This document shows positions 17,258-26,718 of a stretch of DNA of 64,000 nucleotides, piece by piece. A model generated the notes under the pieces. It made no database searches and was not told the origin of the DNA. It was given only the letters and a program-made list of their open reading frames with translations. The translations under genes and the position numbers were made by a program. The number at the start of each line of letters is the position of its first letter. Positions within the stretch are counted from its first letter, which is position 1. Source of the DNA: Escherichia phage muut; the sequence record NC_052657.1; one strand, given 5' to 3'.

Positions 17258-18256
17258 ATGATTAAACATACAAAACCTTTTTTAGGAATAGATTATGACT
17301 TACTAGCAATCACTTCCCTGGTGATTAACGGCAAAACAAAAGAAGTAAAACTACACCATAAGATCATTTATTCTTATTTGTTAAGTTTATCTGGCACATA
17401 CCAAAAGGTAACACCATCTTTGAAAGGTATTGGTGAGCGGTTAGGAGTAGGTACAGATCAGACGGTACGCCGTCATATCAAAGATCTTGTTTCTTTTGGA
17501 TGGTTGAAGATTGAGGAAAGGGCAGGTAGCACAAATGCTTATATTGTCCTTCCTTATGAACAAGAAGCCCAGACACAACAAGAAGCTACTGTTAAAGCTG
17601 TTCCTGATCAGCTTCCCCCTACAGAATGGAAAATGTTTAAAAAATGGTATTCACCATCTGGTAATGAATACACCGCTACACTGCCAGCCGTTGAAATCTA
17701 TAGCTATATAGCTGGATTCAATGAACAAGGGCAAGAATGTTACGCTACTCAAAAAACATTAGCTAATATTGGAATGGTTAGTGATCGTCAGGTACGCAAT
17801 ATTATAAATATGTTTGTTGATATGGGAGTTCTTTCTGTAGAGACACGCCACGGTCAAACATCACTCTATAAAGCATTACCCTTTACAGAGATGAATGTTA
17901 AAAAGCAAAAAAGAGTAAAAGAAATTCCGTACACCGAAAACCAACAATCAAATTGGTGTTTTTATATACAAAAATTGGTTTCTCCGTTTTATACCTGCTT
18001 GAAAGCAGGGATTACGGTAGATATTGATCGTAGAATCAAAGAGCAAAGTAAAAACAGCATGTTTAAGCATTATCTACTTGACAGTTTCAGTGGAGATTAT
18101 GCTACTATTTTCGCTTTGGAGAAAGAAGTTAAAAAATGTTTTAACCGCTCTTTATGCTTAAAAGAGTGGCTACCGGATGGATATACAGAAACATATAATC
18201 TAGAAGATTATGAAAATATAAAAAATTTTGTTAGTGAAAAATTGATTAAGGAGTAA
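17258..18256 (+). CDS. T5orf172 (GIY-YIG-like) domain protein with N-terminal winged-helix-like region
   Basis: C-terminal FYTCLKAGITVDIDRRIKEQ...DGYTETYNLEDYENI parallels the C-terminus of 12398..13588; N-terminus LGVGTDQTVRRHIKDLVSFGWL looks HTH-like. Confidence 0.6.
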   Translation: MIKHTKPFLGIDYDLLAITSLVINGKTKEVKLHHKIIYSYLLSLSGTYQKVTPSLKGIGERLGVGTDQTVRRHIKDLVSFGWLKIEERAGSTNAYIVLPYEQEAQTQQEATVKAVPDQLPPTEWKMFKKWYSPSGNEYTATLPAVEIYSYIAGFNEQGQECYATQKTLANIGMVSDRQVRNIINMFVDMGVLSVETRHGQTSLYKALPFTEMNVKKQKRVKEIPYTENQQSNWCFYIQKLVSPFYTCLKAGITVDIDRRIKEQSKNSMFKHYLLDSFSGDYATIFALEKEVKKCFNRSLCLKEWLPDGYTETYNLEDYENIKNFVSEKLIKE

Positions 18257-18258
18257 AC

Positions 18259-18408
18259 ATGGTTATCTACAAAAATAAGTTCACTGGCTGTCTGCGTAAA
18301 TTTATTGACAAAAAAGGGTATGTTTCTGTTGACAATGGTGTTACGTGGGTACAAAATGGCACTTCAGAACAACTGATCAAGGCTTTACCTTACTATGAGG
18401 AGGTTTAA
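18259..18408 (+). CDS. Possible small protein (49 aa)
   Basis: Hand-translated; ribosome-binding site TAAGGAG. Below the track cutoff. Confidence 0.3.
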   Translation: MVIYKNKFTGCLRKFIDKKGYVSVDNGVTWVQNGTSEQLIKALPYYEEV

Positions 18409-18732
18409 ATGTCCAACAATCTGTTTAGCGTGTCAATTGCACCGCGTGTTAATATTCGCTGTCAGTTTGTTAACTTACCAGGTGTGACACATATCACTTT
18501 AGAGTATGATCCTCGTTCACAAGAGAACCCAATTACAGGCAAGATTGATTCAGCCTACGGCGACTTTCTGATGGATCACCAAGCAATCTTATGTTGTGTG
18601 CAACGCTTACAAGCAGGGTCTTTATACATCTTCAAGAAATCTGTGTTCCAGGAGATTGCTCAAGCGGTTGAGAGTGGTATGGAAACACTTAACAACATGA
18701 TCGAAGCCGCTAACAAAAAGGAGGTTTTATGA
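18409..18732 (+). CDS. Hypothetical protein (107 aa)
   Basis: ORF with ribosome-binding site GAGGAGG. Confidence 0.55.
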   Translation: MSNNLFSVSIAPRVNIRCQFVNLPGVTHITLEYDPRSQENPITGKIDSAYGDFLMDHQAILCCVQRLQAGSLYIFKKSVFQEIAQAVESGMETLNNMIEAANKKEVL

Positions 18733-18986
18733 CACTTTATCATGTAACTACCGAAGGTGATTGCGAAGGTCGTACCACAAAAGATTTAGGGTATGTCGAA
18801 GCAGATTCGCCTGAACATGCAATTAAGTATCTGCACTCTATTGGTAAGTATGCTTATTATGAATATTATATCCATGAAATTGAGGAAAATCCTATACAAG
18901 TAGCAACACCTATGGTAGAGTTGGAACATCTTAAAGCAAAAGTTAAAACTGGCAGCACATCTGGATTTAAGGGGGTAGTACAATGA
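18729..18986 (+). CDS. Hypothetical protein (85 aa)
   Basis: ORF; ATGA overlap with the previous gene. Confidence 0.5.
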   Translation: MTLYHVTTEGDCEGRTTKDLGYVEADSPEHAIKYLHSIGKYAYYEYYIHEIEENPIQVATPMVELEHLKAKVKTGSTSGFKGVVQ

Positions 18987-19252
18987 AAATTCGTGATAAT
19001 ATTGCAGACTACATTGTAACTTGTGAAGATGGTACAGACGTTTTGCTTCCGCAACCAATTGTTTGGGAGGATGGTGAAATGTACCGTATAGCTACGGAAC
19101 ATTATAAAGGTATTGACATTAAAGCTCTTTGTGCTATGCTTGTCGAAGATCAAGAATCTGATCTCTCAGTTGTAACATATCAAGATGTGTATGAAATCTG
19201 TGAAACTTTACTACAAATGCATGAAGATGGACAAGAGGTGTTTCCAAAATGA
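18983..19252 (+). CDS. Hypothetical protein (89 aa)
   Basis: ORF; ATGA overlap with the previous gene. Confidence 0.5.
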   Translation: MKIRDNIADYIVTCEDGTDVLLPQPIVWEDGEMYRIATEHYKGIDIKALCAMLVEDQESDLSVVTYQDVYEICETLLQMHEDGQEVFPK

Positions 19253-19449
19253 CAGAATGGGTAAAAGTAGAAGACCCATACGATATCCCACTAGGTGAGT
19301 ATGTGGTGGTAATGGAAGATGGTGGAAAAGGGTATTGTGAAGTGCATAAAAGTATGTCTGGTAAGATTATTGTGGTGAACCATCATTTTCACTTTGATTA
19401 CCCTCCTATTGTGGCATATATGCCTTTACCTAAATATGAAGGGGATTAA
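19249..19449 (+). CDS. Hypothetical protein (66 aa)
   Basis: ORF; ATGA overlap with the previous gene. Confidence 0.5.
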   Translation: MTEWVKVEDPYDIPLGEYVVVMEDGGKGYCEVHKSMSGKIIVVNHHFHFDYPPIVAYMPLPKYEGD

Positions 19450-19596
19450 ATGTTATTCTTTAGACTTAATATTGCTTTTTGTTTGTTTGCAAACATTGCA
19501 TTCTGGGTATTGGGTAGTGTAAAATTAGGCTACTTCTTTATTGTACTACAAGCTATTTGTTTAGCTGGTCAAATAATCACTAAGGGGCGAGTATGA
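19450..19596 (+). CDS. Possible small membrane peptide (48 aa)
   Basis: Hand-translated MLFFRLNIAFCLFANIAFWVLGSVKLGYFFIVLQAICLAG...; fills the gap between tightly packed genes. Confidence 0.3.
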   Translation: MLFFRLNIAFCLFANIAFWVLGSVKLGYFFIVLQAICLAGQIITKGRV

Positions 19597-20021
19597 CACA
19601 ACAAATCCAAGATAAATTTAATGAACTCTATCCAGCAAGCGAAAGCGGCACTCATAACGTGCGTAAATCGCTCTATAACGTCTTTAAAGCAGGATGGGAG
19701 GCTTGCCTTCAGGCTCAAGAAAAACCAGTGTCAGGGACGCGTAACGGCTTTTATATCCCGATTGTTGAAAGTGAGGAAGGATGGGGTAGCAAACATGATG
19801 GTTATATGGTAGGATTCACCATAGAAGATCTTGAAGAACGCCGTAAAGTCTTTGAGGCAGCTAATACAGAAAAGTATGGCTACTATTATGAACGACCTGT
19901 TCGTTACATTCCTGTTGTGCTTAGTCCTAAAGCTGTTGAAACAATGTCTGCAACAGAAAAAGAAAGGACTCGCCATTGTGTATGGTTTGATGATATTGAC
20001 GATTTTCGATTTGGAGAATAA
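19593..20021 (+). CDS. Hypothetical protein (142 aa)
   Basis: ORF. Confidence 0.55.
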   Translation: MTQQIQDKFNELYPASESGTHNVRKSLYNVFKAGWEACLQAQEKPVSGTRNGFYIPIVESEEGWGSKHDGYMVGFTIEDLEERRKVFEAANTEKYGYYYERPVRYIPVVLSPKAVETMSATEKERTRHCVWFDDIDDFRFGE

Positions 20022-20024
20022 TTT

Positions 20025-20297
20025 ATGAAAAATAAACACCCTTACTATCAACTATTGCATGTACTGCGCCGATTGCGCAATAAGCAGATTGAAGATTTCC
20101 GTCACTTCAAGCGTGATCGTGTGAATCGTCAATGGATGGATCATCGTTTCTTCTCTTTAACTGTACGTAAGTTCCGTGAAGAGATTAAGAAGACAGACCA
20201 GGTAATTGCAGGTGCTAAACGTGCAATCTCTATGTCAAAAATCACAGGTGTAAATCATATGTACGACTTCAAAACAGATTCTGTTGTACCTATGTAA
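20025..20297 (+). CDS. Hypothetical basic protein (90 aa)
   Basis: ORF. Confidence 0.5.
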   Translation: MKNKHPYYQLLHVLRRLRNKQIEDFRHFKRDRVNRQWMDHRFFSLTVRKFREEIKKTDQVIAGAKRAISMSKITGVNHMYDFKTDSVVPM

Positions 20298-20461
20298 AAG
20301 TATTTTGTAAAGTTTTGTGGAGAGTATTGACTTTTTCAGAAAAACATGCTACCCTAAACCTGAAAGGTGACGAGCGAAGCGAGTTAGTATTCTCTATAGA
20401 TATTGTTCCTGTCACTCATGGAGGGGCAGGAACAGAGTATATTACTGTATAGGAGAATACT

Positions 20462-20728
20462 ATGGATGTTACTACACTAAGGTTTATACTTCTCTTCTTA
20501 CTTATAGTTATAGGTTTAATTGTTATACCATATCTATATGTCTACATGTTATCTCGTAAGTATGGTTATGATCGTATACCATTTTACTATTTAATACCTG
20601 TCTTAGTTATCTATCTATTTCTCTTTTGTAGATATTGTCCTGAACTAGTTCCTGAACACTGGAAGTTAGAACCTGTTGAAGTTTACCATTGTGAATGGAA
20701 GACAGAATACAGATCTAACAGTAATTAG
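20462..20728 (+). CDS. Hypothetical membrane protein (88 aa)
   Basis: Hydrophobic segments LRFILLFLLIVIGLIVIPYLYVYML and LIPVLVIYLFLF. Confidence 0.5.
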   Translation: MDVTTLRFILLFLLIVIGLIVIPYLYVYMLSRKYGYDRIPFYYLIPVLVIYLFLFCRYCPELVPEHWKLEPVEVYHCEWKTEYRSNSN

Positions 20729-20788
20729 TTATTGACTCTATCTACTAAATAATCTAGACTCTATGTAAAATTTACTAAGGAGACTACT

Positions 20789-20953
20789 ATGCAAAACATT
20801 TCTATCACTAAAACAAAAAGATCTGTACCTAAACTTACTCACTCTACATATCCTGTTATCATCCGTAAAGGAAAAGAATGGATTAAAGATGATCATGGTG
20901 GTTATGTAGAAGTGTCAAAGCTGAAAGAAGCAGAAGTTAACTTTGTACGCTAA
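20789..20953 (+). CDS. Possible small protein (54 aa)
   Basis: Hand-translated; ribosome-binding site AAGGAGA. Below the track cutoff. Confidence 0.35.
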   Translation: MQNISITKTKRSVPKLTHSTYPVIIRKGKEWIKDDHGGYVEVSKLKEAEVNFVR

Positions 20954-20963
20954 GGAGTAGATT

Positions 20964-21245
20964 ATGACCGAAGAATTTAAGCAATGGTTTGATAAAACCT
21001 TCCCACCACATATGTGGCCTAACGAAGAAGAACGTCAAGAAGTGATGATCTACACTTGGCTTGCTTGGCGGGATGGTATCCGTAGCAAAGAAGCCCAGGA
21101 AGAGGAACCTATTGCTTACATCTTTAAACATCCAGCAGGTAAGTTGTTTTGGGCTTTAACAGATGAAAGTAATAAAGATCACAATGATGTTATTCCTGTG
21201 TATGCCAAGAACAATGTAAAGGATCAATCAGATGATAATGTATAG
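20964..21245 (+). CDS. Hypothetical protein (93 aa)
   Basis: ORF with ribosome-binding site AAGGAG. Confidence 0.55.
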   Translation: MTEEFKQWFDKTFPPHMWPNEEERQEVMIYTWLAWRDGIRSKEAQEEEPIAYIFKHPAGKLFWALTDESNKDHNDVIPVYAKNNVKDQSDDNV

Positions 21246-21564
21246 CATATGGGGTAGAATGGGCGAAGACCATGATTACTATTGTTTGAAAAGTAATGTT
21301 GAACAGACAGATGTTGATAAAATCATAAAGCACTACCTGAAAACATGGCGTGAAGTGGAGTTTAGAGAGTTTGCTATCCTCCATAGTCAAGAAGGAGAAA
21401 AGGAGATAGACATGAGTACACTAACTAAAGCAGTACAAACGCATAAAGAATATGAGGAAGCAGTTAAAGATGAAGTAAACCACGAGGATCAACTATACAA
21501 AGATATAAAGAGTGGTTGTGGGAACAAATTCGTTGTGGTAAAATCACTCTTGAGGGTTTGTTAG
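21232..21564 (+). CDS. Hypothetical protein (110 aa)
   Basis: ORF. Confidence 0.45.
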   Translation: MIMYSIWGRMGEDHDYYCLKSNVEQTDVDKIIKHYLKTWREVEFREFAILHSQEGEKEIDMSTLTKAVQTHKEYEEAVKDEVNHEDQLYKDIKSGCGNKFVVVKSLLRVC

Positions 21565-21734
21565 AATTAGAAGGGAAAGACTTAGTTTGCTTCTGCGCAC
21601 CTCAACCTTGTCATGGTGATGTGTTGGTAGCAGCGGTTGCTTGGGCTAGAACAGAGTGGGATAAAAGGCATCCTACTTACACAGATGATTATTGGATTTG
21701 GGAGGATATTTATGAAGACTACACAAGAAATTAA
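21516..21734 (+). CDS. Hypothetical Cys/His-containing protein (72 aa); track start is a TTG
   Basis: Overlaps the previous ORF by 49 nt in another frame; contains CFCAPQPCHGD. Confidence 0.35.
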   Translation: MWEQIRCGKITLEGLLELEGKDLVCFCAPQPCHGDVLVAAVAWARTEWDKRHPTYTDDYWIWEDIYEDYTRN

Positions 21735-22077
21735 CGTATTTGATCTGTCAGGTTTAGATATGGAAAAAGCAACCCTGTATCATCACGATAAAGATAACAT
21801 TACGTACATCTACATCGGAGCAGATAAATATAACATTCCTGAAAACTCCTTGGCAGTAGCGAAGAAAGGGAATATGCCTTTGCAAGAGAAGATGATTGGT
21901 TTTTCCTTTCGTCAAGATGTTAAGCTGGATGGCGTTATTGCTATCTTCCAGGTGGACGAGTTTTATATGGTTACTTTTGTCACACCAAATTTCACCAATA
22001 TCAATGGGGAAGAGGCAGCAAACGATGTTATTGTTCTAAATTTGGGTAATGCCTTAAAAGATTTAGAAAACGTTTAA
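21712..22077 (+). CDS. Hypothetical protein (121 aa, start trimmed)
   Basis: ATG preceded by GGAGGA. Confidence 0.45.
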   Translation: MKTTQEINVFDLSGLDMEKATLYHHDKDNITYIYIGADKYNIPENSLAVAKKGNMPLQEKMIGFSFRQDVKLDGVIAIFQVDEFYMVTFVTPNFTNINGEEAANDVIVLNLGNALKDLENV

Positions 22078-22098
22078 TAAACCAATAAGGAAAATATA

Positions 22099-22614
22099 AT
22101 GTTTTTTGATGCTCAATCTCCACTTGTTGACTCTGTAAGCAGAGCGGTAATATACCCAGACTTTGATGAAAGAGAAATATGGCTTAAGGAACACCACTAT
22201 GATCCAGAAAATGTCAACTGGTGTAATCTGGATGTTGGTAAGTATCCGCGAGATAAGGGCATCTTGAAATATTATGCTTGCTACACGGTGGATAACATCT
22301 ATGAATACTACGTGTTTCGTAGTTTGATTATCCATCTAAATAAATTGGGTGCTCTAACAGGGGATTCTCAATTCACTCTAGGCCACTATAAACCATTTAA
22401 AAAAGGTGGAGAGCACTTTCCAAGCAATTGGATTATACAAACATTAAAAGATAATTCTCGTGCTAGTGATGTTATACCGGACAAAAAAGAAAAGTGGACA
22501 TGGCATGAGCAAATGGAGTATATTATACAACATATGCCACAACGTGTATTGTACGAGGAAAAGTTGGTCAACCGTTGTGCCGAGTTAATACAAATTGTTA
22601 AGGGGTTTTACTAG
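22099..22614 (+). CDS. Hypothetical protein (171 aa)
   Basis: ORF with ribosome-binding site AAGGAAAA. Confidence 0.55.
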   Translation: MFFDAQSPLVDSVSRAVIYPDFDEREIWLKEHHYDPENVNWCNLDVGKYPRDKGILKYYACYTVDNIYEYYVFRSLIIHLNKLGALTGDSQFTLGHYKPFKKGGEHFPSNWIIQTLKDNSRASDVIPDKKEKWTWHEQMEYIIQHMPQRVLYEEKLVNRCAELIQIVKGFY

Positions 22615-22622
22615 GGGGAAAT

Positions 22623-23099
22623 ATGTCTAAACGTTTTGGTCGTAATCAAAAAAGAAAGTTAAGTGCTCAACTAGCAGCTTTGCAAAAAGAGGTTAACACT
22701 TTACAAAAAAGTGTTTGTGAACTTAAGGAACAAAACCAACTTGAAAAAGAGTGTATCCAGCTTACACAGGAAGTTATTGGTGAGTATTTTCCTTCACTAG
22801 TTCCTAAGAAGGTGGCTCTTAGGGAAAATCTACCTTTTACCTTGTCCTTGATGCAAGCAAATAATAGATTCCAAACTGAAACTGATGATTTGATGTTTGC
22901 AATGCATCAATTACATGGTTTAGAATATACAGCACAAGTGGATAAACTTCGTAACATGTTATATGTGCGGGTAGAAACACCTAAAGGTGAGACAGTAGCT
23001 TTTAATTATAATTTCCAACAGCTACCTGATCATATTATTGAACAAATTTTAAAACGAGATTTTGTTCCTATGCTTGTTAAACAAATTAAGAGAGGTTGA
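22623..23099 (+). CDS. Hypothetical coiled-coil protein (158 aa)
   Basis: ORF with heptad-like N-terminus. Confidence 0.5.
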   Translation: MSKRFGRNQKRKLSAQLAALQKEVNTLQKSVCELKEQNQLEKECIQLTQEVIGEYFPSLVPKKVALRENLPFTLSLMQANNRFQTETDDLMFAMHQLHGLEYTAQVDKLRNMLYVRVETPKGETVAFNYNFQQLPDHIIEQILKRDFVPMLVKQIKRG

Positions 23100-23100
23100 A

Positions 23101-25875
23101 ATGGCTAAGAAAGAGTTGAGCTTCACTCCAACAGAAGAGCAAACAGCTATTAAGGAGGCTTTTCCAGACCATCGCTTTTTAACTATCCAAGCTAAATCTG
23201 GATCAGGCAAAACGTCAACACTTTATTTGCTGGCTAACAGTACAGAAGATCGCATTCTTTACTTAGCTTTCAATAAAAGCATGGCAGAAGAAGCACGACG
23301 TAAGATGCCACCAAATGTAGAATGCCGTACATTGCATTCTATTTGCTATCAATTCCTGGATCATCGTTTACGTGCAAAACTGTCACGACCAGAAGGACAG
23401 TATGTTAACGTTGCAGGTACAGGTAGTGAGATAGCAAAGAAATTTAAGATTAATAATCTTATTGATAAACGAGGGAAAACACTTTTAACTCGTGCCATGA
23501 TTGGTTTAATGATCAAGCAAACAGTAGGTAAGTTTGAATTTTCGGATGATCCTTTTATCAGCCGTAAACATTTTCCTAGTGTACATCTTGCAGATATTAA
23601 AAGAAAAGGTATTAACGAACACAAACTAATTACAGAAGTAGTTAAGTATGCAAAACAATTGTGGCGAGAGCGCATTGATCCTAATACAGATACTTTGATG
23701 ACGCATGACACCTATGTAAAATTGTTTGAATTGTCTGGTGCTGATCTTGGTTATGATATTATTTTTGGTGATGAATTCCAGGATGTTAACCCTGCATTCT
23801 TGTCTATTTTGCGAAATGCTAAATCTGCAAAACAAATTGTGGTAGTTGGCGATGAATTCCAATGTGTGTCAGAAAACACGGTACTTAATACCGAGAATGG
23901 TCAGGTTACAATGAAAGACCTGCAAATCGGTGATAAGGTAGAGTCTTATTCTAATGGTAAAGTTACATTTAGAAAAGTAACAAATAAAACTTTATCTACA
24001 CGTACAAAAGGTAGGAATATTATTACTACTAAAGGTAAAACTTTAGATATGACACATAATCATCGTATTTGGGCTTCACCTTATGTTCTGAAAGATGATC
24101 AAATGGTGGTATATCTAATGTGGAGGAAAGATTTAGGTTTCCGAGTAGGAATTACTAACAAATTCGATGATAAAGAAGGTTTTTCTAAACTGGGGCAACG
24201 TACACGTTCTGAAAAAGCACAGAAATTATGGGTGTTGGATATTGTTGAAAATCGCGAAGCTGCTATGGAAAAAGAAATGGCATACAGTTTACAATATGGC
24301 ATTCCTACTTGTGTATTTGAAGCAAGTTCACGCGGCATTAATCAAGAAAGGATCAATAACATCTTTGAACAATTCGGACAAAATGGTTTTAAACTTTTAG
24401 AGGATAAAGATTATCATTTTGCTTATCCACACTGGCACAGCATCAATTGTGCAGTAGATGAAAGAAAAATGCTAACAGTGACTTTGCGAGCACAAGGTTG
24501 TAAAGGAACACAAGTTAGTTTTGAGTGGACAGAAAGTGAAATGCCGATCTATTCTTCACTGATTAAAGCAGGTGTAAGCGTAAGTGCTGCTAAATTGGAA
24601 GGTCGTTACCGTGTACGTAAATATTTCAATTCTTATCGTGAAGCATTGAGTTTTGCACAAAAGATCCTTGAAATAGTTCCGTTTGCATCTTTAAAAGAAT
24701 GCATGTCCTCTGTGAACAGTGCCAAATATAACTTAATTCCGGCAGCGGGTTTGTTTAAAGGCATGTCTGTGTTGGTAAAAGATGGTGATACTGTAACGGC
24801 AGAAGAGATTGTGGACATTGTAGATAGTGAGGGTATCTATTATGATATTGAAGTAGAGGATACTGCTAACTTCTTTGGCAATGAAATTCTTAGCCACAAC
24901 TGCATTTATCAATTTAGAGGTAGCTCTAATATGATGATTGAAACAGCTAAGTATGGGGCAGAACTTCCATTAACTGCTTGCTTCCGTTTTGGCCCCAAAG
25001 TGGCAAACATTGCCAATATGATTTTAAGCGATAAAGAACCTTTGCGTCATCCTTTGGTTGGTAAAGGCTTTGATACTGTAGTAGGTAGCTACAAATCAGA
25101 TGTTGTAGACTATACAAAACCTTACACTATCATCTTTCGCAAGAATTTAACCTTGCTTATGGAGGCAATGGATCGTATTGCAGATGGGGAAGAAATTATT
25201 ATTAACGTAGATACCAGGGATTTTATCTCTATGGTAGATAGTGTTAATGCTCTTCGGAGAGGAGATATTGAGAAAGTAAAACATGAAACTGTATTACCTT
25301 ACGCAGACTGGGATGAATTTGTTGAGTGTGCAGAGGCTGATCCAGATGCTAAACGCTTGTTAAACATCGTAGTTTCTGGTAAGGCGAACACTATAGCACA
25401 TACACTTAGAACGCATAGAAATTCTCCTACAGCAAAAGTCACACTTACTACAGCACACAAGTCTAAAGGTTTGGAGTGGGATCAGGTTATTGTTGCTAAT
25501 GATTTTCCTTCCAACTATGATAAAAAGACTGGTGAATGGGTAGGACTGGAAGAGGCAGAGCGAAACCTACTGTATGTAGCGCATACCCGTTGTGTTAAAT
25601 GCTTACAATGGAACACAACCGTACAGGAGATTATAGATATCAATCGTGTTGCAACAGAGAAAGTACCAACAAGCACCACTTTACCGATCAATGGTATTAA
25701 ACTTGGTGTATTTGGCGCTGGCACATCTCGAAAAACTGTAGAAAAATTTGTTGCAGATTCTTTTGATGGTAACTATAATCATGCACAAGCATATGAGAGT
25801 TGGCTAGAGGAAGGTGAAGGTGATTTCTTAGGTGAAATAAATCTTTTACCAGACATAAATAAACTGGTAAACTAA
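23101..25875 (+). CDS. UvrD/PcrA-like SF1 DNA helicase precursor interrupted by an intein
   Basis: Walker A AKSGSGKT, motif II FGDEFQDVN, motif III split as GDEFQ | intein | CIYQFRG, C-terminal TLTTAHKSKGLEWDQVIV. Start trimmed to MAKKEL (ribosome-binding site AAGAGAGG). Confidence 0.75.
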   Translation: MAKKELSFTPTEEQTAIKEAFPDHRFLTIQAKSGSGKTSTLYLLANSTEDRILYLAFNKSMAEEARRKMPPNVECRTLHSICYQFLDHRLRAKLSRPEGQYVNVAGTGSEIAKKFKINNLIDKRGKTLLTRAMIGLMIKQTVGKFEFSDDPFISRKHFPSVHLADIKRKGINEHKLITEVVKYAKQLWRERIDPNTDTLMTHDTYVKLFELSGADLGYDIIFGDEFQDVNPAFLSILRNAKSAKQIVVVGDEFQCVSENTVLNTENGQVTMKDLQIGDKVESYSNGKVTFRKVTNKTLSTRTKGRNIITTKGKTLDMTHNHRIWASPYVLKDDQMVVYLMWRKDLGFRVGITNKFDDKEGFSKLGQRTRSEKAQKLWVLDIVENREAAMEKEMAYSLQYGIPTCVFEASSRGINQERINNIFEQFGQNGFKLLEDKDYHFAYPHWHSINCAVDERKMLTVTLRAQGCKGTQVSFEWTESEMPIYSSLIKAGVSVSAAKLEGRYRVRKYFNSYREALSFAQKILEIVPFASLKECMSSVNSAKYNLIPAAGLFKGMSVLVKDGDTVTAEEIVDIVDSEGIYYDIEVEDTANFFGNEILSHNCIYQFRGSSNMMIETAKYGAELPLTACFRFGPKVANIANMILSDKEPLRHPLVGKGFDTVVGSYKSDVVDYTKPYTIIFRKNLTLLMEAMDRIADGEEIIINVDTRDFISMVDSVNALRRGDIEKVKHETVLPYADWDEFVECAEADPDAKRLLNIVVSGKANTIAHTLRTHRNSPTAKVTLTTAHKSKGLEWDQVIVANDFPSNYDKKTGEWVGLEEAERNLLYVAHTRCVKCLQWNTTVQEIIDINRVATEKVPTSTTLPINGIKLGVFGAGTSRKTVEKFVADSFDGNYNHAQAYESWLEEGEGDFLGEINLLPDINKLVN
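23863..24900 (+). mobile_element. Intein (about 346 aa) inserted in helicase motif III
   Basis: Begins with Cys (CVSENTVLNT), has a block-B-like T-x-x-H (MTHNH), ends in SHN followed by extein Cys+1; excision restores GDEFQ-CIYQFRG. No LAGLIDADG recognised by eye. Confidence 0.6.
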
Positions 25876-25885
25876 GGGGGTTAAA

Positions 25886-26137
25886 GTGGCAGGGTATCAT
25901 CTGAAGGAGATTAGCAAAGAGGAATATGGTTCTGTTGCTAAGATTCAAGAAGAGCTTTATGAACTTCAGGATGCTATTGATCAAGATTGCAAGCTGATGC
26001 AACTTATTGAGTTATCAGATATTGTAGGCGCTGTTGAAGGTGTTCTTGAACAGCATTTTCCTGATATGACGCTTCAAGATTTGATCACTATGTCGAACAT
26101 TACTAAACGTGCATTCCGCAATGGAGGTCGCTCATGA
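25886..26137 (+). CDS. MazG-like nucleotide pyrophosphohydrolase (small all-alpha type)
   Basis: EExxE...ExxD arrangement (QEELYELQD ... IELSDIVGAVEGV). Confidence 0.45.
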   Translation: MAGYHLKEISKEEYGSVAKIQEELYELQDAIDQDCKLMQLIELSDIVGAVEGVLEQHFPDMTLQDLITMSNITKRAFRNGGRS

Positions 26138-26706
26138 ATGTTGAAGTAATAGCTCAAGCTATTGATTACTATGGTCGGTTTGCACAAATGTTGGAAGTTC
26201 CATATCTCGTGGATGCTGATATACTGGCGTACACACTACCAGAAAATAAAGAGGATCGCCCATTAGGGCATCCTAACGGTAAATATTATGTAGCCAGTGC
26301 AGAACAATCTTTCCTGCAAATGGAGAAGGATGGTTTTGAATTTGCAGCAGGTAATCCTTATATGGCACTAACACCATGTTACCGTACAGAAGAAAATTTA
26401 GATGATACTCATTTTAATATTTTCTTGAAATTGGAGTTGATTGAGTTCTATCCTGATGCTACAATTGAAGAGTATGCTAACTCTATGCGCTGTTTCTTCT
26501 CTACTTACTATGGAGTTAAAACATATTTAGTACCCACTAATATTGGGGTTGACGTAGAAGATGAATATGGTTTAGAATTAGGTTCATTCGGTATAAGGGA
26601 GTCTCCAAAAGGTCATCCTTATATCTATGCAACAGGTATTGCGGAGCCTAGGGCTTCACTGGCAATAAACCGTGTTGTAAATAAGATTCAAAGCATTAGC
26701 AAATAA
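26134..26706 (+). CDS. Hypothetical protein (190 aa)
   Basis: ORF; ATGA overlap with the previous gene. Confidence 0.5.
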   Translation: MNVEVIAQAIDYYGRFAQMLEVPYLVDADILAYTLPENKEDRPLGHPNGKYYVASAEQSFLQMEKDGFEFAAGNPYMALTPCYRTEENLDDTHFNIFLKLELIEFYPDATIEEYANSMRCFFSTYYGVKTYLVPTNIGVDVEDEYGLELGSFGIRESPKGHPYIYATGIAEPRASLAINRVVNKIQSISK

Positions 26707-26718
26707 GAGGAGAATAGA

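Noticed and set aside
20300-20460. Possible tRNA gene in the 160-bp intergenic gap, and more generally anywhere in the window
   Set aside because: No sequence could be folded by eye into a cloverleaf with a GTTCRA T-loop; only a 7-bp hairpin (GTTCCTG...CAGGAAC) is present. A tRNAscan run would be needed to exclude tRNAs firmly.
26134-26706. Class II aminoacyl-tRNA-synthetase-like or ATP-grasp-like assignment for the 190-aa protein
   Set aside because: Only loose resemblance (YRTEE, GIAEPR); too short and the motifs too weak to call.
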